DNA from: Spironucleus salmonicida | Lineage: Eukaryota | Assembly (NCBI RefSeq): GCF_000497125.1 | Contig: NC_090604.1 | Location: 578,651-623,396, forward strand | Length of the DNA: 44,746 bases | Reading direction: 5' to 3' | Shown: piece by piece, positions 1 through 10,891 of the stretch | Position numbering within the stretch: position 1 is the first letter of the stretch | Layout of the letters: each line of letters starts with the position of its first letter | Translations under genes and position numbers: made by a program | The notes under the pieces: model-generated | What the model was told of the DNA's origin: nothing | The model's input: only the letters and a program-made list of their open reading frames with translations | The model's database searches: none

Positions 1-6
1 TCTCAT
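1..6 (-). CDS. TUBB: Probable third beta-tubulin gene, first two codons only (runs off left edge)
   Basis: Reverse complement of 1-25 is AAATTCCGCTCCCTCACAAATGAGA, identical to the leader + ATG AGA of the tubulin starting at 10612 and nearly identical to that at 4049. Confidence 0.6.
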
Positions 7-29
7 TTGTGAGGGAGCGGAATTTGCGC
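7..29 (-). promoter_or_regulatory. C-rich beta-tubulin proximal promoter/leader motif
   Basis: CCGCTCCCTCACAA directly precedes the ATG, as in the two complete tubulin genes, while sequence further upstream diverges. Confidence 0.55.
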
Positions 30-550
30 CAAAATTCAGAGTGTGAATATTTAGCTGATATCAGTACATAATAATCATATAATAGTCATTTTTTTAAGTG
101 GAAAGGAAAAGATAGATTTTGCGCAAAAACTATACTATAACTCATAATTTTTATACATAATAAGCAATATATAATAATTTAATCGTTTTTATGTACTTAT
201 CCAAATTACCAAAAATTAGAAAATTCACTAGAATTTCAGAAGATTAGGATAATTTTTTGGATTCCAATTTACAGTATCTATAACAGAATACTATCAGCCT
301 TGTAGGTTAAACCCCCCTCAACAATACACTTTTAAAATTGTACTAATTGTAGCATATTATATATTAATAATACATATTTACACTATTTTACTTTTTATTT
401 ATAAATTTGTATACTTATATCTTAATACCACGACAACCTAATTGAATTCAGTAAACCAAATGTTAATTTCGACAGAACCATTTATAGAATCACCTTTCAA
501 TAAGTATTGTTTTTATTATTATATAATAATAATTTTATTCAAAATTTAAA

Positions 551-769
551 ATGGCCGAGCAGCCCCGATACAAGTCGCCCGTATTCGCAGTGTTTCCCTT
601 CGAGCAACCAGGTGTCTTTTCCTATGCAGTTCCAGATCTCTAAGGCGCGGATCCAGTTCTCATGAAAACTATCCGGACACTTGAGGACGCGCAGAAAGAG
701 GGAATTTCAATTAAAAGGCGCGTGAAGAAGCGTAGCAAGAGCGTGAAGAAAGAGAACCGGAAGAAGTGA
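551..769 (+). CDS. Small hypothetical protein (72 aa) with basic, NLS-like C-terminus
   Basis: GC-richer island after an AT-rich leader. Table-6 translation MAEQPRYKSPVFAVFPFEQPGVFSYAVPDLQ...KRRVKKRSKSVKKENRKK; one TAA=Gln at 641; ends in AAG-TGA (AGTGA overlapping the stop). Confidence 0.6.
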
Positions 770-1370
770 GGAGGTTTGGATTATTTGGCTGGGTAATTTT
801 GGGAAAGATGAGAAGAGTTAGCAATCATTCTAGGAAATTTAAGCAGTGGGAATGAATTTGATGCAGATTGCTGCTAGATCAAGTTGTATAAAATCTATTT
901 TGATTAGATTATAAAAGTATGATTAGACTTTCTTTCATCTGCGTGTAATGGGTGTAAATGGCTATAATACGAAATTGAACTAATTTGAGTATATGTGAAT
1001 GGTTGTGTTTGGGAAATAAAGGAAATTACGGTACTAGACTAATGAATGCTTGAAATATTACAGGTTACTAGATACTGTTAAAATATTAGATAATTAGAAG
1101 TTTTGGACTCATAAGATTATTTTATTTAGATTCAGATATTTTATTTAACAATTATATATATTATCCAAAATATTTATTAAAAGTATAAAAAAATATTAAA
1201 ACTATTCGGATGAATGTTATAAATAATGTTCTAACTGGCATAATTTAACTATAATAAATTTATTTTTAAGTAGTATAAATATTATTTATATATAATTTGA
1301 AGTATAATAACGAGAAGCTTTAATTTACCTCAATAACTTTAAAAATATAAGTGTAATAATTTATTTTTAA

Positions 1371-1811
1371 TCAATCAATGAATATATTGCCTATTAGGGA
1401 AAACTCTGAATCTAAACGATCATATACAGGAAATAGTTCGCTTAAATCTGTCCTTTGTTACGTTTAAGGTTTTAACCGTTAATCCAACTGTGAGTATTTA
1501 TTTTTAAGCTGACTTAATGTAAAATTTGGCAGTATCTTTTGTACTTTAATCCATTGCGTACCATATAATTATACTGCATTTATGAGCTAGTTTTTCTCGT
1601 CATCTGTCCATTTATGGTTATGTGCTAATTCTGGTTCATTACATTTATTCCTTCGCACATAGCCATAATATTTATTTTAAATATATTATCTAGAGTAAGT
1701 AGGAAATTATGCCACTACCTTGTCCCAGTTTATACCACCAGGAGAGTTACGTAGTTTTTAAACTACATGTATCAGCTTATTTAGTTAATTTTGTTTAAGG
1801 GTCACTTCCAT
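1371..1811 (-). CDS. Myb/SANT-like DNA-binding domain protein (146 aa)
   Basis: Table-6 translation gives two Myb-like repeats: INWDKVVAQFPTYSRQYIQNKYY and HKWTDDEKNQLINAVQLYGTQWIKVQKILPNFTLSQLKNKY. Open from ATG 1811 to TGA 1371; absent from the standard-code track. Confidence 0.88.
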
Positions 1812-3722
1812 TCTTATTATAAAAAGCCTTAGTAATAAATTATATTATCAGAATTGTTACTAATAAGGTTTTTAAATCAAAGTTTAGGACGATTAAAATC
1901 TCAGAAACTGAAGAAACAGCAGCAATTATTTGATTTAACATGATAATAAAAATATTATATATTGAAACTTAAATAAACTTTACAGTAACATTCTAAGGAA
2001 TATATATAATACATTGCAACCTTATCTAAAAATAGATAATGAAATGAAAACATATATTGTTTATTTATTGATTTGTATTGGTCTACAGGTATGTAGATTT
2101 TAATTGTATCAATATTTTATCTTAATATAAACTTTATTAAAGGCTATCTTAATTGCAAATTTTTATAAACTGGATTTAATATAAATCAGTATTGTAATAT
2201 TTACAGAAAAAACGACTTATAGGTTTCTTTATAATAATTATATATATATAAAATCTAGTACTATATTATTCTGGTATAAATTTAATACATAAATTAAACA
2301 TTAAATAATATTTCTTAAATTAGGTAAAATCATTACTATTGAAAAAAAGATTATTAAGTTTATATACTATCTTTATATATCGAAAATTGGGATGCAGTAA
2401 TGGGTAATGGGTTCATAACTTATGCTATTTTATATTTAAAAATATCTTAACTGAATAAAACCTTTTAAGCTATTAATTCTTACTATAATTTATTAAAATA
2501 TGATTTGCATTATTTTATAATAATATATAATTTGAATAAAATAATATATGTGTAATACTGTAAATAAACCATCAAGTCCAATTTTTACATAAAAATATAA
2601 ACTAATTATTTTGCACAATTTTACTTGGATAACTAGGCCCATCCAGAGAAAATAGGTATTGTCATTTATCCATTTAAACTCATAACACACACCCTGCCCA
2701 TCTATGAAGTTTAGATGATTAAAAATAATTCCTTTCAAAGGAACTAGTACTTATAAAAGAAACCCAAATGCTAATTATGAAATCCAAATTCGTTGACTTT
2801 CAGTATATATAATATAATTTCTTTACCCAAAATTACATGACAGTACCAGTTTAAATTCGTCTTTATGCAATGTTTTAAGCTTAATCGACAACAAATTTTC
2901 TGCTAAATTCGTGTAAATCCTATCAGAATTTGAACTAAATTGAAAAAAACAAAGGTTTTTCGCTCCTTATTAGTAAAGTATAAAATTCTCTCATACCATC
3001 ATCTCTTTAAACGCAACTTCTGTACATTCCTGTGACCTTAAATATGTTCATTAGTCTAGGCTGAATTTTAATTATATTATTCAAATAGCATCAAAACACC
3101 CCCTTGCGATGACCGCGAAGTTGTAGAGTTTTGGACAGATATTGAATGTGTTGAAAATAGTGAAGTATAAATGATTTTTGCCTCCAGGCCTAAATTTGAA
3201 CGGTTTCGTGAGCCGGAAAAAGAGCGGAAAGTGAATTCTACGGCGGCTGATGGAAATCGCAGTTAGGATGGGTAGGGTATTTGGGCGTTATGAGTATTTT
3301 TGCAGAGGGTTATATGTAGTTATATGGTTTTATGTGTTGGTATATACTATTATATACTGTTATATGCTGTTATACACTTTATATACACTTCATATCAGCG
3401 CTACCACCCACGCTGTGCAGGGCGTGAGCCGCTCAGAGTGCGAAATGGACAGGACGTGAAATGAGCACGCACCGGCCGCGCTGGGCGCCGAGCTTCTGGC
3501 CCAGGATGCCGCGGGCGGAGTTGGAGGTATGGACCCAATTTTGTGCGAAGCGGGGGTCGGGAAGGGGCAGGATAATATGCCCGGGGGTGGAGTGGCGCGG
3601 CGTGCCCAGTATCCGCGGAAGGCGGTTTTTACTCTAAGTTCTACGGGCGACACGGGATATTTTAGGGTATGAGGGCGGATTGGGTAGCGGTACAGTTCGT
3701 GTTCCAGCTACGTATTATACCA

Positions 3723-3796
3723 GATTCTATGGTGTAGTTGGTTAGCACGTTTGTTTGACGTACAAGCGGTCCCGAGTTCAAGTCTCGGTAGAATCA
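3723..3796 (+). tRNA. trnV-GAC: tRNA-Val, anticodon GAC (copy 1)
   Basis: Cloverleaf: acceptor GATTCTA/TAGAATC, D stem GTGT/GCAC, anticodon stem TTTGT/ACAAG with loop TT-GAC-GT (3757-3759), T arm CCGAG-TTCAAGT-CTCGG, discriminator A. Confidence 0.92.
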
Positions 3797-3798
3797 AA

Positions 3799-3806
3799 TT
3801 TTTTTT
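3799..3806 (+). terminator. Pol III oligo-T terminator of tRNA-Val
   Basis: T8 run 2 nt after the discriminator base. Confidence 0.65.
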
Positions 3807-4030
3807 GGTCAGCGCCAGAGGGTTGAATAGGGGAGGTGCCGCAGATATTTTTTGGAGTCTCCTATTTCCGCCAACTGAATATTATGCTCCAGAATGTCTA
3901 TAATAATTTTGGCGGAATTTTCCGCTCCCCTAAAACCGAAAACTACACGGAATTCCGCGCGAGGGCGCCGCTGCTGGCATTATTATACCAATGATAACAG
4001 TTAATCTCCACCACTCCAAATTTCAGTAAT

Positions 4031-4048
4031 AAATCCGCTCCCTCACAA
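4031..4048 (+). promoter_or_regulatory. C-rich beta-tubulin proximal promoter/leader motif
   Basis: AAATCCGCTCCCTCACAA abuts ATG 4049; shared with the other two tubulin starts. Confidence 0.55.
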
Positions 4049-5386
4049 ATGAGAGAGTTGGTTCACATTTAAGCAGGCCAGTGCGGTAACCAGATTGGTG
4101 CCAAGTTCTGGGAGGTCATCTCCGACGAACACGGTATCGACCCCTCTGGCGAGTACCGCGGTGATTCCGAACTCCAGATCGAGCGTATCAACGTTTACTA
4201 CAACGAGGCCACCGGTGGTAGATACGTCCCCCGTGCCGTCCTCGTCGATCTCGAGCCCGGAACCATGGACTCCGTCCGTGCCGGCCCCTTCGGTCAGCTT
4301 TTCCGCCCCGACAACTTCGTCTTCGGTCAATCCGGTGCCGGTAACAACTGGGCCAAGGGTCACTACACCGAAGGCGCTGAACTCGTCGACGCCGTTCTCG
4401 ACACCGTCCGTAAGGAAGCCGAAGCCTGCGACTGCCTCCAGGGCTTCCAGCTCGTCCACTCCCTCGGTGGTGGTACCGGTTCCGGTATGGGAACCCTCCT
4501 CATGGCCAAGATCCGCGAGGAGTACCCCGACAGAATGATGTGCCCCTTCTCCATCGTTCCCTCCCCCAAGGTTTCCGACACGGTTGTCGAGCCCTACAAC
4601 GCCACCCTCTCCGTCCACCAGTTGGTCGAGAACGCTGACGAAGTCTTCTGTATCGATAACGAGGCCCTCTACGACATCTGCTTCCGTACCCTCAAGCTCA
4701 CCTGCCCCACCTATGGTGATCTCAACCATCTCGTCTCCCTCGTCATGTCCGGCATCACCTGCTGCCTCCGCTTCCCCGGTCAGCTCAACGCCGACCTCCG
4801 CAAGATTGCTGTCAATCTCGTACCCTTCCCCCGTCTCCACTTCTTTGTCGCTGGCTTCGCTCCCCTCACCTCCCGCGGCTCCCAGATCTATCGTGCTCTC
4901 ACCGTTCCCGAACTCTTCTCCCAGATGTTCGACAACAAGAACATGATGGCTGCCTCCGACCCCCGTCACGGCCGTTATCTCACTTGCCTCACCCTCATCC
5001 GTGGTCGTGTATCGACCAAGGAAGTCGATGAGCAGGACCACAACATCCAGAACAAGAACTCCTCCTATTTCGTCGAGTGGATCCCCCGTAACATCATGGT
5101 TGGTATCTGCGATATCCCTCCCAGAGGTCTCAAGATGTCCGGTACCTTCATCGGTAACACCACCGCCATCCAGGAGCTCTTCAAGCGCGTTGGCGAGCAG
5201 TTCACTGCTATGTTCCGTAGAAAGGCTTTCCTCCACTGGTATACCGGTGAAGGCATGGACGAAATGGAATTCACCGAAGCCGAGTCCAACATGAACGATC
5301 TCATCTCCGAGTATCAGCAGTACCAGGACGCCTCCGTCGAGGAAGAAGGTGAAGGTGCCGAAGAAGAAGAAGGCATGGAAATGTGA
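4049..5386 (+). CDS. TUBB: Beta-tubulin (445 aa), copy 1
   Basis: MRELVHI-[TAA]-AGQCGNQIG start with TAA (4070-4072) at the conserved Gln8; GGGTGSG motif; acidic tail; 1338 nt, same length as copy 2; ends TGA. Confidence 0.98.
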
Positions 5387-6156
5387 TCTTTTCTGTTTCA
5401 TTATAAATGTGCACCGGTCAGTTAGCGGAAGTCGCTCGGCCGTGGGCTCACTGGATTACAAATTATGATCGTAGTAGGGGTGGTAGGTCTGTGAATGTGG
5501 ACCCTGGGTTGAGCTCCTACCAGGACCCACATGACTAGGATCTCGCGCAGGTCAGATGGGAGGCTACGGCCGCGCGCTGTGCTCATGCGGTTATTTCAGC
5601 TCCGGTATCCAGCTGTACCCCGCTGCCGAGCCAGGCATGTGTGCTCGCACCTCGGCTAGGTAGCGAGTCAGCATGCAGCGGGAAGTCGTAACACAGCTAG
5701 GTTCCTCCCTGGCAGTGACTCTAGATACCACTTGGCGTCTCGACCGCCTGGGCGAGTAAGGTCTCGTGAATCTCACAGAAGCCCGCCATCCAGTTTGGTT
5801 ATGCAGCTGTGATATCTCCGGGAGTACATTTTGCCACTCAGTACTAACTCGTGTATGGCCCTTGGTGGCCTGAGGAAGTATTCGCTGATGCCATTTTCAA
5901 TCACTGCAATACTTTAACATTGCTGCCCGTGTCTCGAGAATCCGGCGAAAGTATCGATTTCGACATGGAGCGATGCACCCCATGGGCCCAGCGTACTATA
6001 CGCGCCGCAGATGCAATGTAACAGGGAATCGGAAGAAAATTATGCGCCACTAAGCGCACTGTCTGTGCTGCGCACGCATGATTCACAGTCCTTAGTTGGT
6101 ATATGTGCTGGGGCTTGCACCCGCATCTGTCAATCGTGCAGTAGCACTCCGGTGGT
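4075..6156 (+). repeat. Left arm of 2082-bp inverted repeat
   Basis: Position p pairs with 14661-p. Mirrored ORF translations are identical (e.g. 5591..5776- vs 8885..9070+). Identity breaks at 4074 and 6157. Confidence 0.95.
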
Positions 6157-6290
6157 ACGCCCTCTCAGAGAGGCGCTATCTGCGCTAGAGACACCTGCTA
6201 GTAAAATATCTTGACCAGGATGGAAGCAGGATGGAAGGTAGTGACATCTTTGTCGGACCAGTGTTCTGCAAACACTGCCGGTCTATGCAT
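5410..6290 (+). pseudogene. Decayed cysteine-rich (CXXC/furin-like repeat) protein fragment
   Basis: Roughly GC-balanced sequence in AT-rich surroundings; GICAGACTRICQSCSS in ORF 6011..6214 and FCKHC at 6264-6278; no continuous frame. Boundaries approximate. Confidence 0.45.
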
Positions 6291-7035
6291 AGGTGGCTTG
6301 AAGGAGTATATTCTAGCTTTTGTGATCGGTAGTCCTCTAGGTGAAGAGTCCGAGGGCACATTTAGTATGAAATATTAAAGGGTCGCCAGGTACGGCATTC
6401 CTTGAGTGCTACCACACTGAGTAGCAGGATGCACGTCAAAGTCAGCGAGGTGATGCGGAAATATGTCCATCTGAGACGTGTATTGGTGCGAGCTCTGCAC
6501 CCCCATGGCGTATCTCGACCTTTAGGCTTCACGCTGTATGATTTGGAGGTTCTTCTTACGCGCATCATTATTCTAATAGCACCGCATAGGTTGTAGGGTT
6601 CAGGCCACCACCAGGCAGATAAACGTTCTTCCTTCGTACTTTGCCTATTATTAGAACTCGGTTCTGGAGTTTGTACTGTTATCTACCACCGTGGACGGCA
6701 TATCCTACTAGGCCTGGCTGAGGTGACCCGGACATAAGTATACAGGGCATTAGGAGAGATGGTGCGGCTACCTCATAACAAAATTCCTCTCTACCGAGCC
6801 AGGTGAGGTCCTTACTGCAGATTTTATGCAGCCCACTAGCTTACTACTAGATCAGCGGATAGTTGACAGTAGGCAACCTTGCTGGCTAACGATGTCGCAA
6901 TGTTGAATCCTGACATATTATAGTTGGAGATTTAACGAACTCACCACATCGTGCGAAAGAGGTGAGCATCCAGCACCGTTACCCGCCCTGGCTGGCCACA
7001 GATGATGGGAGCCAGCATGGCCCGTTTGCCCTATC

Positions 7036-9250
7036 TCACTTATCCAGCAGCCGGCGCTTGAAATCGTTAACTACACTTACTAACTCACCAGCTATCCTGA
7101 ACACGTAAGAATGATGACGAGATGCCATCACAGCTTCCTTCTTCTTCTTCTTCTTCTTCTGGACGAAGTAACTAGCAAAACCTGCTGCAGAGACTAGCAT
7201 TAGTATCCTACTGAAACTACGATGCCTACCATGTGGTGGGTGTCTAGTCTGTTCTTTGAGCTACTGCACTGCCAGTCTGCTCAAACCATCACACCAGATG
7301 CCGCAGGTTTCTTTAACAGCGTGGTGAGCTGGAGAACCGGTTCACCTACCCTAGTTAACATAGGAACCTCCCTAGCACTACTCACGTGGGGACTTCCTGG
7401 ATTATTCGTGGTGGTTCACTGTGTCCAGCCAGTATGCCCTGTTACCTATGTCTGAAGCCGAGTCCAAACGAATCTGTGCACTTTTAGGAGGAGTTATGGT
7501 ACGTTGCAGAAGAAGCTTTGGGGCAGAATAGCTTTAGGTTGTCATACTGCCGAACGCCTATCCTTCGGCACGTTTATTTTTAAGGTGTACCATGCATCGT
7601 GATAGGAGCATGCATCTCCATCCACGCATTCCGAGCAGCGCCCTGGTATTTGCTGAAGATCCCGCTGAAGCGGTAGTACCACTTATGTGGCGAAGTATCG
7701 CGTTGTATAGGCGCCTAATCGCTACAGAATTAGGATATGCAGACACTTTCCGTCGCAGAATGCAAATTGAGGCAGGCATGCAGCGGATACAGGTCAGGCT
7801 CAACAACTTCTCAGCTTTTAGGAATCGTCGCGTAGTTGCTTCAGCGCTCGTCCTGCGCACAGAATGTTCCAGCCTGTCATGATTCGTAAGGGGAGCACTA
7901 TTGCTTAATGCAGTAATACACCTCAAGGCGTTTCCTAGGATGCAGATTCAGCAGACAACAGGATCCAGTGCTCAGCCATGCCACTCGCCCGCATTCGTGA
8001 GTTCATATTTTCTGGCACCTATCCTTGTCTAGAGATAATGCAAAGGGCAACTTGCGTCGGTTTCCTAATCCTCGCACTCAGCGTGGTTTATATAATATAT
8101 CGTACACGCATCCCTTCTAGAAGCACTGGTCATCGAACAGCGTTAGCGTGGTACATCCCGCACTTGATTCTATAGTCTCAGCAACAAAGCAGTTATCGGG
8201 GTTGGTAATGCACCAATTTCAGGTGTCCGCATTGTTACACTACTTCCAGCTACTATATAGCGCCCGTACTCGCACATGCAGGGTGTAGTTTCCATCTGGT
8301 AGTGGAGATATTGGGGAAATTCCATGTCTTCTGAAAGCAAATATTCAGGCAGATGGGATAGGGATGATAATGCTAGGCAGCTTTCTGGACAGACCTGGTG
8401 TGTGTTTCAGACAGCTCGAAGCCCATCAACATGCTTAGTTGGCACGTCATAGTGTTATGGCCTGACACTCGAGGTGCAGGACGAAGCCGCAGCATTAAGT
8501 GCGCACCACCGGAGTGCTACTGCACGATTGACAGATGCGGGTGCAAGCCCCAGCACATATACCAACTAAGGACTGTGAATCATGCGTGCGCAGCACAGAC
8601 AGTGCGCTTAGTGGCGCATAATTTTCTTCCGATTCCCTGTTACATTGCATCTGCGGCGCGTATAGTACGCTGGGCCCATGGGGTGCATCGCTCCATGTCG
8701 AAATCGATACTTTCGCCGGATTCTCGAGACACGGGCAGCAATGTTAAAGTATTGCAGTGATTGAAAATGGCATCAGCGAATACTTCCTCAGGCCACCAAG
8801 GGCCATACACGAGTTAGTACTGAGTGGCAAAATGTACTCCCGGAGATATCACAGCTGCATAACCAAACTGGATGGCGGGCTTCTGTGAGATTCACGAGAC
8901 CTTACTCGCCCAGGCGGTCGAGACGCCAAGTGGTATCTAGAGTCACTGCCAGGGAGGAACCTAGCTGTGTTACGACTTCCCGCTGCATGCTGACTCGCTA
9001 CCTAGCCGAGGTGCGAGCACACATGCCTGGCTCGGCAGCGGGGTACAGCTGGATACCGGAGCTGAAATAACCGCATGAGCACAGCGCGCGGCCGTAGCCT
9101 CCCATCTGACCTGCGCGAGATCCTAGTCATGTGGGTCCTGGTAGGAGCTCAACCCAGGGTCCACATTCACAGACCTACCACCCCTACTACGATCATAATT
9201 TGTAATCCAGTGAGCCCACGGCCGAGCGACTTCCGCTAACTGACCGGTGC
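7036..9250 (-). pseudogene. Decayed cysteine-rich membrane protein (CRMP/VSP-like) gene
   Basis: Minus-strand fragments in shifting frames: CQSCSS, QVCPESCL, CSECVDGDAC, QCQGGSYVNQG, then a hydrophobic segment (MVGIVVSV / ILMLVSAAGFASYFV), K7 (7138-7158), a short tail and AAG-TGA at 7036. Internal TGAs and frameshifts present; 5' boundary approximate. Confidence 0.6.
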
Positions 9251-10586
9251 ACATTTATAATGAAACAGAAAAGATCACATTTCCATGCCTTCTTCTTCTT
9301 CGGCACCTTCACCTTCTTCCTCGACGGAGGCGTCCTGGTACTGCTGATACTCGGAGATGAGATCGTTCATGTTGGACTCGGCTTCGGTGAATTCCATTTC
9401 GTCCATGCCTTCACCGGTATACCAGTGGAGGAAAGCCTTTCTACGGAACATAGCAGTGAACTGCTCGCCAACGCGCTTGAAGAGCTCCTGGATGGCGGTG
9501 GTGTTACCGATGAAGGTACCGGACATCTTGAGACCTCTGGGAGGGATATCGCAGATACCAACCATGATGTTACGGGGGATCCACTCGACGAAATAGGAGG
9601 AGTTCTTGTTCTGGATGTTGTGGTCCTGCTCATCGACTTCCTTGGTCGATACACGACCACGGATGAGGGTGAGGCAAGTGAGATAACGGCCGTGACGGGG
9701 GTCGGAGGCAGCCATCATGTTCTTGTTGTCGAACATCTGGGAGAAGAGTTCGGGAACGGTGAGAGCACGATAGATCTGGGAGCCGCGGGAGGTGAGGGGA
9801 GCGAAGCCAGCGACAAAGAAGTGGAGACGGGGGAAGGGTACGAGATTGACAGCAATCTTGCGGAGGTCGGCGTTGAGCTGACCGGGGAAGCGGAGGCAGC
9901 AGGTGATGCCGGACATGACGAGGGAGACGAGATGGTTGAGATCACCATAGGTGGGGCAGGTGAGCTTGAGGGTACGGAAGCAGATGTCGTAGAGGGCCTC
10001 GTTATCGATACAGAAGACTTCGTCAGCGTTCTCGACCAACTGGTGGACGGAGAGGGTGGCGTTGTAGGGCTCGACAACCGTGTCGGAAACCTTGGGGGAG
10101 GGAACGATGGAGAAGGGGCACATCATTCTGTCGGGGTACTCCTCGCGGATCTTGGCCATGAGGAGGGTTCCCATACCGGAACCGGTACCACCACCGAGGG
10201 AGTGGACGAGCTGGAAGCCCTGGAGGCAGTCGCAGGCTTCGGCTTCCTTACGGACGGTGTCGAGAACGGCGTCGACGAGTTCAGCGCCTTCGGTGTAGTG
10301 ACCCTTGGCCCAGTTGTTACCGGCACCGGATTGACCGAAGACGAAGTTGTCGGGGCGGAAAAGCTGACCGAAGGGGCCGGCACGGACGGAGTCCATGGTT
10401 CCGGGCTCGAGATCGACGAGGACGGCACGGGGGACGTATCTACCACCGGTGGCCTCGTTGTAGTAAACGTTGATACGCTCGATCTGGAGTTCGGAATCAC
10501 CGCGGTACTCGCCAGAGGGGTCGATACCGTGTTCGTCGGAGATGACCTCCCAGAACTTGGCACCAATCTGGTTACCGCACTGGCCT
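8505..10586 (-). repeat. Right arm of 2082-bp inverted repeat
   Basis: Reverse complement of 4075-6156; the unique spacer is 6157-8504 (2348 bp). Confidence 0.95.
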
Positions 10587-10612
10587 ACTTGCATATGGAC
10601 TAACTCTCTCAT
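9275..10612 (-). CDS. TUBB: Beta-tubulin (445 aa), copy 2
   Basis: Full ORF starting [17 protein letters not shown]; identical to copy 1 from codon 10 onward. Confidence 0.99.
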   Translation of the reverse strand: MRELVHMQVGQCGNQIGAKFWEVISDEHGIDPSGEYRGDSELQIERINVYYNEATGGRYVPRAVLVDLEPGTMDSVRAGPFGQLFRPDNFVFGQSGAGNNWAKGHYTEGAELVDAVLDTVRKEAEACDCLQGFQLVHSLGGGTGSGMGTLLMAKIREEYPDRMMCPFSIVPSPKVSDTVVEPYNATLSVHQLVENADEVFCIDNEALYDICFRTLKLTCPTYGDLNHLVSLVMSGITCCLRFPGQLNADLRKIAVNLVPFPRLHFFVAGFAPLTSRGSQIYRALTVPELFSQMFDNKNMMAASDPRHGRYLTCLTLIRGRVSTKEVDEQDHNIQNKNSSYFVEWIPRNIMVGICDIPPRGLKMSGTFIGNTTAIQELFKRVGEQFTAMFRRKAFLHWYTGEGMDEMEFTEAESNMNDLISEYQQYQDASVEEEGEGAEEEEGMEM

Positions 10613-10635
10613 TTGTGAGGGAGCGGAATTTCCGC
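10613..10635 (-). promoter_or_regulatory. C-rich/palindromic tubulin promoter motif
   Basis: GCGGAAATTCCGCTCCCTCACAA directly before the ATG; contains the palindrome GCGGAA-N-TTCCGC. Confidence 0.55.
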
Positions 10636-10891
10636 CAGATTTTGAAACGTTGGATATTCTACATTATTAATTATATAATAATATTTAATTTGGAATTTTA
10701 GGGCGGAATTTATCATATCTAAAAATTCTCAGTTAAAAAGTGCGCGCAGCTCAATTATGTGTACATTTAGTAATTAAACTAATAATTAAAAAATTCAGCC
10801 AATAAAATAATTTTAGTATATTCTGAATATTATATATAATGCTTATTTAAATTAGTTTAGTTAGGATTAATTTTTTGACCAAAATAAAATT

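Noticed and set aside
2340-2990. Extended minus-strand frame containing track ORF 2493..2738
   Set aside because: Long TGA-free frames arise easily under table 6; the upstream ATG is cut off by a TGA and no motif is recognisable. A frameshifted gene is not excluded.
3250-3653. ORFs 3250..3459(+) and 3390..3653(-), the latter with IQ-like AFRGYWARR
   Set aside because: The minus frame has no ATG before it runs into the tRNA; the plus ORF is largely low-complexity TATA sequence.
4049-4072. Tubulin copy 1 as a nonsense pseudogene, or starting at 4265
   Set aside because: TAA encodes Gln here, as the other genes show.
6157-8504. Spacer as a transposon with giant terminal inverted repeats
   Set aside because: No transposase, RT or integrase motifs and no target-site duplication seen; the arms are tubulin genes.
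4043-10603. Long antisense and alternate-frame ORFs over both tubulins
   Set aside because: Shadows of strong codon bias in the tubulin genes.
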